NCBI GenBank assembly: GCA_021325615.1
Contig: JAJPGU010000004.1
Coordinates: forward strand, 1 to 32,000
Length of the DNA stretch: 32,000 nt
Source: Nitrososphaerota archaeon
GTDB lineage: Archaea > Thermoproteota > Nitrososphaeria > Nitrososphaerales > Nitrosopumilaceae
Direction: 5' to 3'
In this document: positions 16,270 through 24,840 of the stretch, piece by piece
Layout: every line of letters begins with the position of its first letter
Position numbering within the stretch: the first letter of the stretch is position 1
Notes under the pieces: generated by a model
Database searches by the model: none
What the model was told of the DNA's origin: nothing
What the model saw: the letters and a program-made list of their open reading frames with translations, nothing else
Made by a program: the position numbers and the translations under genes

Positions 16270-17070
16270 ATGGACCAGCCGATGACAATAATGGGGCACC
16301 TTGACGAGCTCCGAAAAAGGCTCTTTAGGATGGTAGTCGCAGTCGGCATCGTCACATTTTTCATACTTGGATTCCACCTGACGCCGTTCCACTACAATGG
16401 CATAAAGTTGTACTACCCAACATTCAGCCCGTTTGACAACATGGCAGCCCAGGCAACGGTATCAATGAAGCACAGCCTCCTGCCGCCTGCGGTACAGCTT
16501 ATCCAGACTGCACCAGGGCAGGCATTCTTTGCCCAGTTTTATATCGCAGTGCTCCTTGGCATCGCAATTGCAATGCCGGTAATTGTACGGGAATTCATGG
16601 CATTTCTTGCCCCAGCTCTTGCCAAGAAAGAGATCGACATAATAAAATCCATCACCATCCCCGCGGTCGGACTATTTGCAGCAGGCTGCGTATTTTCATA
16701 TACTGTCATCACGCCATACATACTTGCATTCCTCTACAGGTACGGCGAGTCGGCAGGACTCCTCACCTTCCTCAACATCGTGGACTTTATCTCGTTCGTG
16801 CTCCAGTTCATGCTCGCCTTTGGGATATCGTTCCAGCTGCCCCTGATAATGTACGCAGTCACGGCGTCTGGAATGGTTGGTGAAAAGTTCTGGAGGCACA
16901 ACATAAAGTGGGCAGTCATAGGAATCGTCATTCTTGGCGCGGCCATCACGCCAGACGGGAGCGGCGTAACGATGTGGTTTGTAGCAGGACCCCTCATAGG
17001 GCTGTATCTCATAGGGATGTTCCTCTCAGAGAGGCGCGCCGCCCGTTTTCAAACGCTTAAATCATCCTAA
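16270..17070 (+). CDS. tatC: Twin-arginine translocase subunit TatC
   Basis: MGHLDELRKRLF is followed by six predicted transmembrane segments typical of TatC. The tracked TTG start at 16249 is an alternative. Confidence 0.9.
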   Translation: MDQPMTIMGHLDELRKRLFRMVVAVGIVTFFILGFHLTPFHYNGIKLYYPTFSPFDNMAAQATVSMKHSLLPPAVQLIQTAPGQAFFAQFYIAVLLGIAIAMPVIVREFMAFLAPALAKKEIDIIKSITIPAVGLFAAGCVFSYTVITPYILAFLYRYGESAGLLTFLNIVDFISFVLQFMLAFGISFQLPLIMYAVTASGMVGEKFWRHNIKWAVIGIVILGAAITPDGSGVTMWFVAGPLIGLYLIGMFLSERRAARFQTLKSS

Positions 17071-17088
17071 GACGTATTAAAAGCTCAA

Positions 17089-17265
17089 ATGGCATATGAG
17101 AATGTCATAATTGCAGTGGTTATCATCGGCGTGCTAATTTTCGGCGCGAAGAAGATTCCGGAGCTTGCAAGGACCTTTGGCAAGGCCAAGGGGGAGTACG
17201 AGAAGGGCAGGATAGAGGCCGAGAAGGAACTAAAAGAGTTCAAGGACAAGGAAGAGCTCAAGTAA
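17089..17265 (+). CDS. tatA: Twin-arginine translocase subunit TatA/E (58 aa, absent from the ORF track)
   Basis: My translation is MAYENVIIAVVIIGVLIFGAKKIPELARTFGKAKGEYEKG.... It has the canonical transmembrane segment, the FG hinge and an amphipathic helix. It starts 18 nt after tatC. Confidence 0.85.
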   Translation: MAYENVIIAVVIIGVLIFGAKKIPELARTFGKAKGEYEKGRIEAEKELKEFKDKEELK

Positions 17266-17362
17266 AGTTTTCAAAAAACATTTCTGCAATTTTCCACGGT
17301 TACTTTGATCTCGCGGGACATCCCCAATCACTTTATCGCATACACGTCTCCGCCGTACGCGC

Positions 17363-18073
17363 TTACTGCGCCCTCGTTTTTGCCACAAGCACGTGGTTAG
17401 AGTCATAGACGTTGACCGATGCGGCAAGCGGCTGGGCGTACCTGGCAAGGTTGATGTGCGCAATCCCCGATGATACTGCCGAGCTTTCAAGGGTTTTGCC
17501 CGACTGATCCACAATGGCCACGGTTGCCGCATCAGTTGGCAGGTTTTCGATTGTCATGCTCTGCTCAGATGTCGCATAAAACCTGCTGTATATGCCCTGC
17601 AGCATGACGTGTTCGTATGAGGACTCGGATTCAAGTATGCCCTGCATTCCCCCTCCGCCGGAGGGCCTGAGCTGCAGGTTAAGTGAGCTGCTGGTAAAGA
17701 CCTTGGAGTGGTCAAGATACACGACAAGGAAGTTGTTGCCGTTTGTAACTATGGTGCAGTCGCGCTTGAGCGGCTGGTTTGGGCTTGTGTCAGTATACAG
17801 CGTGTTGTACTGGCTGGCCCCAGAAGAACTCCCGGTCGACTGGACTACCGACCAGTAGGTTCCATCACCTTCGGTTATGGCAACGCATGTGACATAGTTT
17901 ACCTGCGAGGGATCCTCGACATATAGGCCCCCTTGAAAGTCCATTCCTGTCGCGTTGAGCGCCCTTGTCTTTACCTCCACCACCGCGTGGAAGAGTGCGG
18001 CACCTAGCGGCGGGCTTGCCGCCTGAAATCCGGCATATGTCCCGTTGGTCTTTGCCTTTACCGCAACATGAAG
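17363..18073 (-). CDS. 3' fragment of a frameshifted surface-protein gene (second half of lectin-like module A2)
   Basis: This frame reads LHVAVKAKTNGTYAGFQAA...LFHAVVEVKTRAL..., collinear with residues about 201-446 of the upstream ORF. The ORF track starts it at GTG 17983. Confidence 0.65.
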   Translation of the reverse strand, partial: LHVAVKAKTNGTYAGFQAASPPLGAALFHAVVEVKTRALNATGMDFQGGLYVEDPSQVNYVTCVAITEGDGTYWSVVQSTGSSSGASQYNTLYTDTSPNQPLKRDCTIVTNGNNFLVVYLDHSKVFTSSSLNLQLRPSGGGGMQGILESESSYEHVMLQGIYSRFYATSEQSMTIENLPTDAATVAIVDQSGKTLESSAVSSGIAHINLARYAQPLAASVNVYDSNHVLVAKTRAQ

Positions 18074-19788
18074 CCTTCCGAGTCCTCAAAGACATTGTAT
18101 GATGCGTTCTCCTCTGGCGCAGACCCGTTGAAGGTCCAGAAGGACTGGCCCGCGAGCAGCTTCTGCTCGTTTTCAGTTTGATTGAGCGGGTCGCTTGCCA
18201 CAAGGCCTGATTTTGAGAGCGTAAGGATGCTGTACGGTATCGCGTATGCCGAGTTTGAAGGTGTGCCTGCGCCCACGCTGTTTATTGCAGAAACACGGTA
18301 TGTATACGGCACCCCGGTTGCAAGTCCTGTGTCCGAGTAGGTGGTTGCGGTACTGTTGCTGTCGGCCTCTGCCGTAGACCACGTTGTGGAATTGCCCTGG
18401 AGCCTCTCAATCATATAGCCAGTTATTGGCGAACCGCCGTCGCCGGCAGGGGGGCTCCATGAAAGGTCAATCTGGGTTGGCGATACTGCCGTTGCCGAAA
18501 GGTTTGCAGGCTGCTGCGGGGCCTTTGGCGTTACCACTACAGTATAGTTGTCCCCTCCAAATATGTTGTAGAAGTTTGGTGCGGATGCCACCGTCCCGTT
18601 GCCTGTCCCTGTTATCACTAGCGTCCCGTTTATCGGGTCATGGAACCTACCGATGTCGATGCTGGCGTTGCTGCCCGACACCGGAGAGGAGGCAACCAAA
18701 TTTCCCGCCCGGTCCAGAATCTTTGCCTCGGACGACCCCGCGGGTACGGACGAGATTCCTAGCATGTCCCCGGATGTCTCATAATAGTCGTTGTATGTAC
18801 CATAGAGGATCTGTCCCGCATACGAACTTTCAGGTTCCAGATAGGCATTTAGCGGCATAGGCATCTGCAGGTTCAGGGTGCTGTTTGTGTACACCATCTG
18901 GCCGTCCATGTAAACCCGCAGGTAGTTGCTGCCGTTGGTTATTATGGTACAGTCCCTAGTCAGGGGCTGGTTTGGCGAGTTGTCCATCCAGAGAAGGTCG
19001 AACTTGACTGCAGAGTTTGCGGTGCCGTATGTGTGGACCACCGCCCATACCGTGCCCACATTGTTGGTTATCGAGACACATGTTGCATAGTTTACGTTTG
19101 CCTGCGCCGTCTGGACGTACATCCCGTTCTGGAAGTAGTTGCCGTTGCTTGGAATGGCCCGTACAGGCGTCGTGATTACAGAGTGGAATAGCGATGCAGT
19201 GGTGTTTGCAGACATTGCAAAGTATCCCGCATATGTCCCGTTTGCCGGGGCCTCGGCTCCGATATGCAGTCCTTGCGTGTCCCTGTAAAAGGCATACGTC
19301 GCATTCTCCTGCGGCGCATCACCGTCATAGGTCCAGTACTGCTGGTTCTGCTCCAGCTGCTGCTGGGTCATGGTCTCGTTGTCTAGCGGATCAAACTCCA
19401 TGAGGCCGCAGTGCGACCTCAGGATGGCATATGGATATGGGCTGCCTGTGCCGTTGTTTGGCGGGCATGGCACCACAGGATCTGGCGCCCCACGAGTCTG
19501 CGGAGTGCCGTACGGATAAAAGTGGACCTTCTCCTGCAGGAAAAACTTGGAGGCCTTTCCCTCCATTTTTGTAATTATTGTCCCGTTATCAAAATATCTG
19601 ACGCCGTCTGGCATGTCGTGCTCAGTGTTGTTCCCTCGACTTTGGCCCGGCGCGGACTGGGTTCCGTTTCCATGCGGGACGCCTCCCGCGCCGCCGCCAG
19701 TCGAGTTGTCTTGTGCTGCCATTGCAGGGGTGATGGATGCCAACGCTGCGAGTGCCAAGATTGCAATGGCATAATGAGCCCTTTTCAT
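18058..19788 (-). CDS. 5' fragment of a frameshifted surface-protein gene: signal peptide, module A1, FN3, start of module A2
   Basis: MKRAHYAIAILALAALASITPAMAA is a signal peptide. There are many N-x-S/T sequons. The FN3 signature is PANLSATAVSPTQIDLSWSPP...YRVSAIN. The ORF ends prematurely at ...EDSEGFMLR*. An alternative start is 19869. Confidence 0.7.
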   Translation of the reverse strand: MKRAHYAIAILALAALASITPAMAAQDNSTGGGAGGVPHGNGTQSAPGQSRGNNTEHDMPDGVRYFDNGTIITKMEGKASKFFLQEKVHFYPYGTPQTRGAPDPVVPCPPNNGTGSPYPYAILRSHCGLMEFDPLDNETMTQQQLEQNQQYWTYDGDAPQENATYAFYRDTQGLHIGAEAPANGTYAGYFAMSANTTASLFHSVITTPVRAIPSNGNYFQNGMYVQTAQANVNYATCVSITNNVGTVWAVVHTYGTANSAVKFDLLWMDNSPNQPLTRDCTIITNGSNYLRVYMDGQMVYTNSTLNLQMPMPLNAYLEPESSYAGQILYGTYNDYYETSGDMLGISSVPAGSSEAKILDRAGNLVASSPVSGSNASIDIGRFHDPINGTLVITGTGNGTVASAPNFYNIFGGDNYTVVVTPKAPQQPANLSATAVSPTQIDLSWSPPAGDGGSPITGYMIERLQGNSTTWSTAEADSNSTATTYSDTGLATGVPYTYRVSAINSVGAGTPSNSAYAIPYSILTLSKSGLVASDPLNQTENEQKLLAGQSFWTFNGSAPEENASYNVFEDSEGFMLR

Positions 19789-20013
19789 TACCAACTGCCT
19801 CACCTGATTTGCATCCCTTAACTGGATTTGCCATAATTTTCCCAGAAGTACCGTACATGGAAATTCCATGAATGCAAACTATGTATCCAATTTAGGAACT
19901 CAAAACTGCATTCGGCCTATGGACTCAATTTCCGTAAATCAATACATATCTTCCCTATCGTAACATGTACGCATACATATATCAAAACGGGAGGAGAATA
20001 GACCACGGTCAAG

Positions 20014-20760
20014 ATGCGAATTACTCACATGAGAATTTTCATTGCCGCAAGCGTTACAGCCGCCTTGTTCTTCTTTTGTACCTCCTTTCATGGCATGGAG
20101 GCCTTTGGAGACGCCAATGCCCAAGCACAGGGCACGACCTCGACACTTACGGTCAATTCTCAGGACTCGTTTGGAAACCAAGTCACCGGCTTTTACATAG
20201 AGTTGTACCACGGAGACGGCATGGAGCAGGACGCCTTTACGCCGCACACGTTCATGCTAGCAGACAATCAGACCTATTTTGTCCATGTGGAAAACTACGG
20301 AATGTACAGGTTTTCCCACTGGCTTGCCACCGGGTCTTCTCAGGCAAGGAGGCTTGTCTCCATATACTCAGACAAGCAGATAACGGCCGTGTATGACGTC
20401 ATCCCCGCCCACCCCGCGAACCTTACTGCCACCGCTGTCTCGCCAAACCAGATAAACCTCAAGTGGTCTGCCCCGCTCCACAACGGAACCATGCCGGTTA
20501 CAGGATACAGGATTCAGCGGTCCCTTGACGACAGGGCCTGGACTACGATAGCAAGGAACACTGAATCGGCGTCCACCGCATATTCTGACACGGGGCTCAA
20601 TTCCGATACCACATACTACTACAGGGTGTTTGCACTAAGCCAGGTCGGCTCTAGCTACCGCTCCAATGTCGCAGATGCCATGACGCCGCTTCCCTCAGTT
20701 GCGGTAAACGACACCTCCATCGGCCCCATCGTTATCGTCCAGCCAACCTTTGGCAGGTAA
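20014..20760 (+). CDS. Secreted protein: signal peptide, beta-sandwich-like N-terminal domain, FN3
   Basis: Hydrophobic N-terminus. The FN3 signature is PANLTATAVSPNQINLKWSAP...YRIQRS...YSDTGL..DTTYYYRVFA. Confidence 0.75.
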   Translation: MRITHMRIFIAASVTAALFFFCTSFHGMEAFGDANAQAQGTTSTLTVNSQDSFGNQVTGFYIELYHGDGMEQDAFTPHTFMLADNQTYFVHVENYGMYRFSHWLATGSSQARRLVSIYSDKQITAVYDVIPAHPANLTATAVSPNQINLKWSAPLHNGTMPVTGYRIQRSLDDRAWTTIARNTESASTAYSDTGLNSDTTYYYRVFALSQVGSSYRSNVADAMTPLPSVAVNDTSIGPIVIVQPTFGR

Positions 20761-20838
20761 ACACTCCGCCATTCATCCTGCCGGCTTGGGCCTAGAACCC
20801 CCCGAACGCTTTTTTAACCATTCAAAAATAGAATCGCC

Positions 20839-21930
20839 ATGATAAAGCGCTCCGAGGTCCAGAAGATGGCGGCAGGCTACTCCGACATCTCGATCGCGGC
20901 CCTTGGAAGCCACTCAGCCCTAGAGATAATGGACGGGGCAAAGGACGAGAACTTTAGGACGCTGGTCCTCTGCCAGAGGGGCAGGGACGCGCCATACAGG
21001 AGGTTCTCAAGGATTGCAGACGACATCATCATGCTAAACAAGTTTTCCGACATGCTCCTGCCAAAGGTCCAGTCAAGGCTCAGGGAAGAGAGCGCCATAA
21101 TAGTACCGCATAGGGCCCTTACCGCCTACCTCGGATACGAGGCAGTCGAGAACAGGCTGAGGCTGCCCCTCTTTGGCAACAGGGCACTATTCCAGGCAGA
21201 GGAGCGATCCCACAGGAAAAACCAGTACTACCTCCTGCAAAAGGCCAGGATAAGGATGCCCAGGATCTTCTCAGACCCGAGGGATATTGACAGGCCGGTA
21301 ATTGTCAAGGTGCAGGAAAAGTCCCGCAGGCTTGAGAGGGCATTTTTTATCGCAACCTCCTACGCCGACTATAAGGACAAGACGGAGAGGAAGATAAGGC
21401 AGGGGCTTATCTCTCGCGAGGCGCTCAAGATTGCAAGCATCGAGGAATTTGTCGTCGGCACCTACTTTAACTTCAACTACTTTTACACGCCAATCTCAGA
21501 GGAGGTAGATTTCCTCGGGATCGAGAGGAGGCTCCAGACAAACGTGCATGACTTTGTCTCCCTCCCTGCAAAGCAGCAGCTTGAGACAAACATAGAGCTT
21601 CAGAATATCGAGGTCGGCCACACGCCCGCAAGCATCCGCGAGTCGCTCCTTGAAAAGGTCATTGAGGCAGGCGACAGGTTTGTAGCTGCCGTAAAAAAAG
21701 AGTACGCCCCCGGAATAATAGGCCCGTTCTCGCTCCAGTCGGTAATCACGCGCGACCTTGAGATAGTGGTATACGACGTCTCGCTCAGGGTCCCGGGCAA
21801 CCCAATTCTTGCAACCACAAGCCCCTATACCAAGTACAAGTACGGAACGACGTTCGGGGTCGGAAGGAGAATTGCCATGGAGATAAGAAGGGCACAGCAG
21901 GAAGGCAAGCTTGCACAGATAGTAAGCTAG
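20839..21930 (+). CDS. purP: 5-formaminoimidazole-4-carboxamide ribonucleotide (FAICAR) synthetase PurP
   Basis: IAALGSHSALEIMDGAKDE, an ATP-grasp-like C-terminal half and a length of about 360 aa are typical of archaeal PurP. TTTTTTAA (20810-20817) lies 21 nt upstream. Confidence 0.85.
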   Translation: MIKRSEVQKMAAGYSDISIAALGSHSALEIMDGAKDENFRTLVLCQRGRDAPYRRFSRIADDIIMLNKFSDMLLPKVQSRLREESAIIVPHRALTAYLGYEAVENRLRLPLFGNRALFQAEERSHRKNQYYLLQKARIRMPRIFSDPRDIDRPVIVKVQEKSRRLERAFFIATSYADYKDKTERKIRQGLISREALKIASIEEFVVGTYFNFNYFYTPISEEVDFLGIERRLQTNVHDFVSLPAKQQLETNIELQNIEVGHTPASIRESLLEKVIEAGDRFVAAVKKEYAPGIIGPFSLQSVITRDLEIVVYDVSLRVPGNPILATTSPYTKYKYGTTFGVGRRIAMEIRRAQQEGKLAQIVS

Positions 21931-21933
21931 TGC

Positions 21934-22359
21934 TCAGGCTTCCATCTTTTCCTTCAGCAGGTTCTTCCTTACAAGTATAGGCACGTTGTAAAATGACGCA
22001 AGTGCAATCGCGTCCGAGGCCCGGTAGTTGCGCATCACGATGTCGTGCTTGCCGGTAAAGTACAGGTTTGCGCGCAGGACGCTTCCGCTCTCGTAGACCT
22101 TTATCTTTACAAGCACGAGCTCGTTTATCTCCGAGAGTTCCTCTATCATGTTGTATATGGTAGGTATCGCGCCGCGCTCGCCGTCGACAAAGTTGGAGAT
22201 GTGCCGGGCAACCTCCCCCGAAAATGCCCTCATGTGAAACTCCCTCTCGTCGTCAGATCGCAGTACGACGAGTCCTTCGACACCGTATGGATCCACAAAC
22301 CCAACGTGCACAATCTTTGTAGTGGCGTAGTCCGAGTCTATTGGCTCGTCAATCTTCAT
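21934..22359 (-). CDS. Bifunctional nuclease family protein (BFN/DUF151)
   Basis: VVLRSDDEREFHMRAF..EVARHI, PTIYNMI and ASDAIALA..YNVPILV match the DUF151 pattern. Confidence 0.8.
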   Translation of the reverse strand: MKIDEPIDSDYATTKIVHVGFVDPYGVEGLVVLRSDDEREFHMRAFSGEVARHISNFVDGERGAIPTIYNMIEELSEINELVLVKIKVYESGSVLRANLYFTGKHDIVMRNYRASDAIALASFYNVPILVRKNLLKEKMEA

Positions 22360-22427
22360 TACTGTTTTTTATCGTCCCTCATGACAGATAAAGACTCCGA
22401 AAAACAGAGATAGGATTTAATGTCACC

Positions 22428-23288
22428 ATGGCACGTCTTTACTCGTTGGAAAAACAGAGGACCGTCGGGCGCTCCCACATGGCGCTCATAATTGTCGGCT
22501 TCCTGGCAATCGCAGTCTCGTTCCTTGCCTATGCAAGAAACAACGAGATAACGGTAACGCCCGCCGCAATGCCGGCACTCCAGAGAATGGCATATGCGAC
22601 GTATTTCATATTGTTCTCATCCTTTGGCGCAATCGGATGGGGCCTTTACAGGTTCTACAAGTCAAAGGTAATCATGCCAGATTCTTCCACGGCGTCGATA
22701 ATCTCAAACGCCCTTAACAACAAAAGGGCAAAGCAGATCTTTGTCATCAGCGCAATCGGATACGGAATCTTCTTTGGGCTCACCTCGGGCGTTATTCTTT
22801 ACAAGCCTGAAATCAACGCGACAGATTATGGCTTTCCCACTCCGCCCCACATCGAACTCTCCCCCTGCTGCGACCTCCCAGGCTACATGCCCATGATATT
22901 TGCATTCTTCACCCAGCATGTCGGGCTTCAAATAGTCCCGCTAAACCTAGTCCTGCTAGTCACGGTCTCATTCCTTGTCGGGCTGAACTTTTCCCTCTCT
23001 GCAACAACGTTTGCCGCGGCCAGGAGCGCAGGCAAGTTCGGCGCCTTTGGCGCCCTGACAGGGCTGTTCGTGGGCTGCCCCACCTGCGCCGGTACCGCGT
23101 TTACGCTGCTTTTCGGGCTTGGTGCAAGCGCGACAGGAATAACACTCTTTCTTACAAGTTACGAGGCCCAGCTACAGACAATATTCATCGCAATTTCCAT
23201 ACCGGTACTGCTTGTCACACCGTACATCATGGCGCGCAAGATAAGAAAGGAGCAGGACGGCAGCTGCGCGCTTGAGCCTAAGCAGTAG
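22428..23288 (+). CDS. Polytopic membrane protein with CC and CPTC motifs
   Basis: At least 6 hydrophobic segments. The motifs are SPCCDLPGY and GLFVGCPTCAGTAF. I recognise no family. Confidence 0.6.
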   Translation: MARLYSLEKQRTVGRSHMALIIVGFLAIAVSFLAYARNNEITVTPAAMPALQRMAYATYFILFSSFGAIGWGLYRFYKSKVIMPDSSTASIISNALNNKRAKQIFVISAIGYGIFFGLTSGVILYKPEINATDYGFPTPPHIELSPCCDLPGYMPMIFAFFTQHVGLQIVPLNLVLLVTVSFLVGLNFSLSATTFAAARSAGKFGAFGALTGLFVGCPTCAGTAFTLLFGLGASATGITLFLTSYEAQLQTIFIAISIPVLLVTPYIMARKIRKEQDGSCALEPKQ

Positions 23289-23532
23289 GCTTTGTGACCC
23301 GAGGGGCCTTCCAGTCCCCTATGTCGTATCCGTCCTGACGCAAGTATTTCAGGGCAAGCTTGTAGACAAGTTCGTCATGGCCCGAGGCCTCCAGTATGTC
23401 ATCCCATGTAACCGAGCCTGACTGGTCGACCTTCCTTGAAAGCACCAGGCACAGGTCCCTGGCAATGACCCTGCACTCGTCAAACGTCTTGCCGTTCTTG
23501 TATGCCCTAGTCCTTGGGTCGCAAGAGTCCAT
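23278..23532 (-). CDS. Hypothetical small protein (84 aa)
   Basis: ATG 23532 is preceded by TTTTTATTT on this strand about 21-29 nt upstream. The tracked longer start at 23625 would run into the neighbouring promoter. Confidence 0.4.
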   Translation of the reverse strand: MDSCDPRTRAYKNGKTFDECRVIARDLCLVLSRKVDQSGSVTWDDILEASGHDELVYKLALKYLRQDGYDIGDWKAPRVTKPTA

Positions 23533-23583
23533 GGTGCTGATATGCCGCAGTCCAAATAAAAATCGAACCGCGTTCTCGAAGGG

Positions 23584-23590
23584 TTTTAAA
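23584..23590 (+). promoter_or_regulatory. TATA-like box (TTTTAAA) for the methyltransferase gene
   Basis: Lies 22 nt upstream of ATG 23613. Confidence 0.3.
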
Positions 23591-23612
23591 CCAAATTCGA
23601 CAAACAAACCCA

Positions 23613-24515
23613 ATGCAAATCCCAAGCAACAGGCTGCGCGGCCTCAACCCGCTTGATGTTCTCCTGTGGACCTTCCGCCGTAACGAGAGCGACGTCATAA
23701 ACCTGTATGATGCCTTTTCCGCCCTGATGCAGATATCGACCGGCGCAAACATGCTGAATTTCGGCTACTGGGATTCAGCCGCAAGCCCTGCAGAGGCCCA
23801 GGCAGCCCTGTGCAGGGAGGCAGGAAAGATGGCGGACCTTGCGTCCGCAAGGACCTTGATAGATGTAGGAAGCGGATTTTCCGAGCCTGCCACAATCTGG
23901 CTTCGCGACTTTCCCTCCCTTCAGGTTTCGTGCATCAATGTCAACAGGGGCCAGCTTCAATTTGCATCAAGGCTGATTAAGGAATCTCCCGGACTGCGGC
24001 AAGGCTCGGTCGCGCTTGTAAACTCGACTGCAACGGCACTCCCGTTTGCAACAGGTTCTGTCGACAGGATAATCGCCCTCGAGTCGGCGCAGCACTTTAG
24101 GCCGCTTGAGGGCTTCATGTCAGAGTGCAGGCGCGTCCTTTCAAGTGGGGGCAAGGTAATCCTTGCCTTGCCCGTAATGACAGAGCACAGGACTGCCGAG
24201 ATGAGGAGGCTTGGAATCCTGTCGTTTACGTGGTCCTCGGAGCACCATACCATTGATGCCGTGAAAAGGTCAGTTGCAGAATCCGGCATGTCACTAACAC
24301 GCCTTGAGATGATAGGTCCAAAGGTTTACCCCCCGCTTGCAGACTATTACATAAAAAACAGGGAGTCGATCAGGCGGAAGATACTTGAGAAATATCCAGC
24401 ATATGTCGAAAAGATACTGCTCAGGTCCCTTGTAAAGATGAAGCAGGTCTCGTGTGACGGGACAATCGACTATGCCCTTCTATCTGCCAGCCCGCAGGAT
24501 GGCGCCCTGTTCTAG
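23613..24515 (+). CDS. Class I SAM-dependent methyltransferase
   Basis: Motif I is LIDVGSGFSEP. It also has a post-I acidic residue, and DRIIALES..HF is a Methyltransf_11/25-type core. Confidence 0.8.
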   Translation: MQIPSNRLRGLNPLDVLLWTFRRNESDVINLYDAFSALMQISTGANMLNFGYWDSAASPAEAQAALCREAGKMADLASARTLIDVGSGFSEPATIWLRDFPSLQVSCINVNRGQLQFASRLIKESPGLRQGSVALVNSTATALPFATGSVDRIIALESAQHFRPLEGFMSECRRVLSSGGKVILALPVMTEHRTAEMRRLGILSFTWSSEHHTIDAVKRSVAESGMSLTRLEMIGPKVYPPLADYYIKNRESIRRKILEKYPAYVEKILLRSLVKMKQVSCDGTIDYALLSASPQDGALF

Positions 24516-24552
24516 GGTTCTTCGGCAGACTTGGGGCACTGCAATACATCAA

Positions 24553-24559
24553 TTTTTTT
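24553..24559 (+). terminator. Oligo-T tract (T7), candidate archaeal terminator
   Basis: Lies 38 nt after the methyltransferase stop. It is followed by a 7-bp stem, GGCCGTG (24563-24569) paired with CACGGCC (24587-24593). Confidence 0.3.
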
Positions 24560-24646
24560 CAAGGCCGTGGCTTAAAATCCCGGAAGCACGGCCATGCCCC
24601 AAGATTCCCAACCCTCGGATTATGCACCCTGCAAATCGAGAAAAAA

Positions 24647-24653
24647 GATATTA
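24647..24653 (+). promoter_or_regulatory. TATA-like box (GATATTA) for the zinc-finger ORF
   Basis: Lies 22 nt upstream of ATG 24676. Confidence 0.3.
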
Positions 24654-24675
24654 GCAAAGCCCAAGTAGGCAAGAC

Positions 24676-24840
24676 ATGGGCCTTTTCAAGAAAAAGAGCG
24701 AGCCTGAAACCAAGTGCAAGGAGTGCGGCCTGGAGCTGAACGATCCCGAGCGCCTCGACCGCCACATGAAGAAGGCACACAAGCACGCCTCCCAGAGAAA
24801 GTTTGACGAGCAGGGCTTTACCACAAGCGGCATGTGGTAG
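24676..24840 (+). CDS. 54-aa C2H2-type zinc-finger protein (absent from the ORF track)
   Basis: My translation is MGLFKKKSEPETKCKECGLELNDPERLDRHMKKAHKHASQRKFDEQGFTTSGMW. The pattern is C-x2-C-x3-L-x5-L-x2-H-x4-H. Codon usage resembles neighbouring genes. Confidence 0.55.
   Translation: MGLFKKKSEPETKCKECGLELNDPERLDRHMKKAHKHASQRKFDEQGFTTSGMW

Noticed and set aside
15778-16392. The 204-aa minus-strand ORF and its counterpart 25838-26134 (+) share the peptide AAVVVSPVFKDH, which suggested a conserved antisense gene
   Set aside because: The shared peptide is a by-product of the inverted repeat encoding the Cys-rich domain on the opposite strands. Both ORFs are antisense to well-supported genes.
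18058-18088. Programmed -1 ribosomal frameshifting at the split surface-protein gene
   Set aside because: There is no slippery X XXY YYZ heptamer (the sequence is G GAA GGC TTC) and I saw no obvious downstream pseudoknot. A simple 1-nt indel is more parsimonious. It remains listed as a finding only because the cause is unresolved.
15418-20760. The FN3 proteins considered as dedicated substrates of the adjacent TatAC
   Set aside because: None of the four N-termini has a twin-arginine consensus. They look like Sec-type signals or anchors.
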